From IMG/VR virus record IMGVR_UViG_3300030109_004112: 20,000 nt of DNA. One strand, 5' to 3'. Shown piece by piece: positions 17,388 to 20,000 of the stretch. A model generated the notes under the pieces. It searched no databases. It was not told the DNA's origin and was given only the letters and a program-made list of their open reading frames with translations. Numbering within the stretch: the stretch's first letter is position 1; the number at the start of each line of letters is the position of its first letter. Source of the DNA: an uncultured virus (IMG/VR IMGVR_UViG_3300030109_004112) (lineage: Duplodnaviria > Heunggongvirae > Uroviricota > Caudoviricetes). A program made the position numbers and the translations under genes.

Positions 17388-20000
17388 TAGTACCAATTTT
17401 TGCTGAATTAGCACCCCTTCTTTTCGTTTCTTGCGCTGTCGCTATGGTAGTTCTTAGAGCCGGTGCCTCTAGGGTTTTCTTCGACATTGTTGGTTCGTTC
17501 CAAGCAAGTAGACTCATACATGACGCAGAGGCCGCATCGGTCGCCATGCAAGCACTTTTCATAGATGGTTTAGCAGGTATAGAAGAGGCCGCTAGTGAAA
17601 TAAATGAACAGTTTGAGCAACTTAATGACACCCTCATGCCATTAGGAAGAAATGTGGCTAAGGCTAGAGTTGAATTCGCTAAGTTCTTTGATGAGGGAGG
17701 TCAAGCAGCAGCAGCAGCAACGGAGGTTATTGCGTTAGGTGAATCTTATGGTTTCGTCGCTGAGTCCGCGCTAGAGGCGGGTTCTAGGGTTGCTCAGTTA
17801 AGGACGATTTATGGGGATGCAGCAATAGCACCCACAGTAGAGGCTGGTATTGCCTTCGGTATGATTGGTGAAATGGAGGCTGCTGACGCACAACGAAAAT
17901 TAATTTCCTTGATGCAGCAGAACAACATAGTATTAAAGGATATGACCTTACAACAATACAACAACTTAACTGCGTCAGAGAAACAGGCGCACATGACTAA
18001 AGTACTATCAAAGGCCCTAAATGACCTTAACAGTATCGAAGATACTTCTGCCGCTAGAATGAGTGAGATAGTTGACGCTATGAACGAGTTCGGTGGTGCC
18101 GCTAGATTGGCAGGGGAAGATATTGATTTCATGGCCGCTATGACCGCTACTTTGATTGAGAGGGGTATTACTGCTGAGAAGACTGGAACAGCACTACGTT
18201 TCGTGTATGGTAGAGTTGGGGGTAATATCAGTGGTGCGGCTGACCACTTAAGACAATATGGTGTGGAGTCGCAAAACGCAGATGGTAGTCTTCGCTCTAT
18301 GGAACAGATATTGGGTGACCTCTCTAAAGTTTGGAATCAAATAAGCAAAGATGAGCAGAGGGCCATATCACAATCAATAGCGGGTAACAGACACTTTTCA
18401 AGGATTTCTCTTCTAATGAATGACTACTCTAGAGTCTTAGAGTTGGTTGGAAACGCCCAAGCGGGCGTGGGTAAGGTAATGGAGGAAACCGGAGAAGCGA
18501 CAGGGTACCTAGCCGCTAGATTGGAAGATACCGCAGTACAGATGGATATTACACAAGCCAAGATAGATAACGTACAAGCCGCGCTAGGAGAGCGACTACT
18601 GCCGGCACAACTCAACGCCATGAAGGCGCAATTGGCTCTTAATGAGGCTATGATGGGTTGGGCAAGAGGTCTTGCTACCGTTCCCGGCTTAGGTAATTTG
18701 ACTAACGAATTACTAGAGGCAAGAGAAATAATTTCCACTATGTTTGCTCCGTACTTTACCGCCTTAATCAACATACAGAGTATGGTTCTTTCTCTCCAAC
18801 TTGTGAGACAAATTCAGCGTTCTCTTAACGGTACGCAAATTGCTTATATCAAGGAATATAGTGGTATGCAAGACAAAGTGACACTAACACAGAAAGAACA
18901 GTTGAATTTGAGTAATCAGCAAAACATCAAGGCTAGCATACGTTATCAAAGGCAAAGAATTGCCGGTGCCATGGAAAGGGGACAACTACGCAAAAAGGGC
19001 GGCCTGATGAGAAAATTAAATTCTCTAGAAGAAGAAGCAGATGTTTATAGACGAGAAGCCATAAGACTGAATAATATCAGGATAAAGGAAATAGAAGCCA
19101 TGAACAGATTAAGTGCTCGTAGTAGAGATATCAGCAGGGAAGAAGTAGAGGTTATGAAAATTAAAAATACCCTACAAGACGCTCAGAACACCAAATTGGG
19201 TGGGGAGCACTGGCTTAAACAACAAATATACAACATTAGCGCATTATCAATGGCCGGAGCAACCTTTGGTTTGATGATTTTCGGTATGGAATTAAATAAG
19301 TTGTTACCCAAAGTCATACAGTTTGAGAACGAAGCAGACCTTATGGCTGCGTCTATGATGCTCATGGCCGGCTCAATATTCGCAGCATTGTTACCTCTAC
19401 AGTCGATGTGGACGTGGATAACGGCTGATACTGCCGCTTTGTCTACGAACATAGTTGTGACTACTTTCAAGACAGAATTGAACTTGGCGAGGGCGGCGTC
19501 TGAGGGAGCAGTAGCGGGGGCCACAGCGGCGAATACTGGAACTACTGCGCTAAACTCGGGTGCTATAATAAGTAACATGCTAGCGGGAATTGGGTGGTTA
19601 GTCCAACACACTTTGATAATTCTCTCAAAACTAGCAGACATTAGTGCGACAATCTTCTTGACTGTTGTAAAGGGAGCCCTAAATATGGTTTACATTGCGA
19701 TGACAACAATACTCGTAACACAGAATCGGGCTGTGGCGATAAATACTGCTAAGATATGGTTGAACGCTGCTGCTTCTACTGCTGCTAGTTTAGCCATAGC
19801 CGCGAAAACATTTATTGTCGCGAAAGCAACTTTGGCTTGGGGTTCTATGGCATTTGCTATTACTATGACCAGTAAGGCTATCCTCGTATTCTTAGCATTA
19901 ACAGGAGTTGGTCTTGCGATAATTGCTATTGCTGCGGCGGCTATATACGCCGCTAAGAAACTTGGGCTTTTCAATAATGAAATGGAAGAGACTAACGACT
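17384..20000 (+). CDS. Tape measure protein (3'-truncated; absent from ORF track)
   Basis: ATG at 17384 overlaps the upstream stop (ATGA) and I found no stop to the window end (>870 aa). It has TP901/PhageMin_Tail-type motifs (MAAMTATLIERGITAEKTGTALRFVYGRV; LRQYGVESQNADGSLRSMEQILGDL; SIAGNRHF) and Ala-rich hydrophobic helices further on. Confidence 0.92.
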   Translation, partial: MIVPIFAELAPLLFVSCAVAMVVLRAGASRVFFDIVGSFQASRLIHDAEAASVAMQALFIDGLAGIEEAASEINEQFEQLNDTLMPLGRNVAKARVEFAKFFDEGGQAAAAATEVIALGESYGFVAESALEAGSRVAQLRTIYGDAAIAPTVEAGIAFGMIGEMEAADAQRKLISLMQQNNIVLKDMTLQQYNNLTASEKQAHMTKVLSKALNDLNSIEDTSAARMSEIVDAMNEFGGAARLAGEDIDFMAAMTATLIERGITAEKTGTALRFVYGRVGGNISGAADHLRQYGVESQNADGSLRSMEQILGDLSKVWNQISKDEQRAISQSIAGNRHFSRISLLMNDYSRVLELVGNAQAGVGKVMEETGEATGYLAARLEDTAVQMDITQAKIDNVQAALGERLLPAQLNAMKAQLALNEAMMGWARGLATVPGLGNLTNELLEAREIISTMFAPYFTALINIQSMVLSLQLVRQIQRSLNGTQIAYIKEYSGMQDKVTLTQKEQLNLSNQQNIKASIRYQRQRIAGAMERGQLRKKGGLMRKLNSLEEEADVYRREAIRLNNIRIKEIEAMNRLSARSRDISREEVEVMKIKNTLQDAQNTKLGGEHWLKQQIYNISALSMAGATFGLMIFGMELNKLLPKVIQFENEADLMAASMMLMAGSIFAALLPLQSMWTWITADTAALSTNIVVTTFKTELNLARAASEGAVAGATAANTGTTALNSGAIISNMLAGIGWLVQHTLIILSKLADISATIFLTVVKGALNMVYIAMTTILVTQNRAVAINTAKIWLNAAASTAASLAIAAKTFIVAKATLAWGSMAFAITMTSKAILVFLALTGVGLAIIAIAAAAIYAAKKLGLFNNEMEETND

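Noticed and set aside
17347..19974. Several minus-strand ORFs in the last 2.6 kb
   Set aside because: They are antisense to the continuous + strand tape measure frame, which the ORF track missed because it has no stop in the window.
1..20000. tRNA, rRNA, integrase, transposase or intein
   Set aside because: None was recognisable, and the intergenic gaps are too short (under about 100 nt) and show no cloverleaf pattern.

Overview
The window is the virion-morphogenesis (late) operon of a tailed dsDNA virus (Caudoviricetes, HK97-type head). All credible genes are on the + strand and tightly packed. Order: prohead protease with a nested scaffold, decoration protein, major capsid protein, small head/neck genes, a fibre cassette (442-aa fibre, 1459-aa Gly-Pro-Thr collagen-like fibre, putative adhesin, SAM methyltransferase, 2OG-Fe(II) oxygenase), small membrane proteins (one with a SAP domain), neck/tail-completion genes, tail tube, a tail assembly chaperone pair joined by a -1 slippery site, and a tape measure gene running off the end. 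No sheath gene is seen, so the tail is probably non-contractile. GGTGA-type ribosome-binding sites, BRE/TATA-like promoters and SAP/HeH domains point to an archaeal host; a Marine Group II (Poseidoniales) 'magrovirus'-like virus is my best guess, by inference only. Most notable: a collagen fibre encoded beside candidate modifying enzymes, a programmed frameshift, an internally promoted scaffold gene, an endolysin-free membrane protein cluster, and apparent total avoidance of GATC, AGCT and CCWGG. All family assignments come from motif recognition and gene order; no database search was run.
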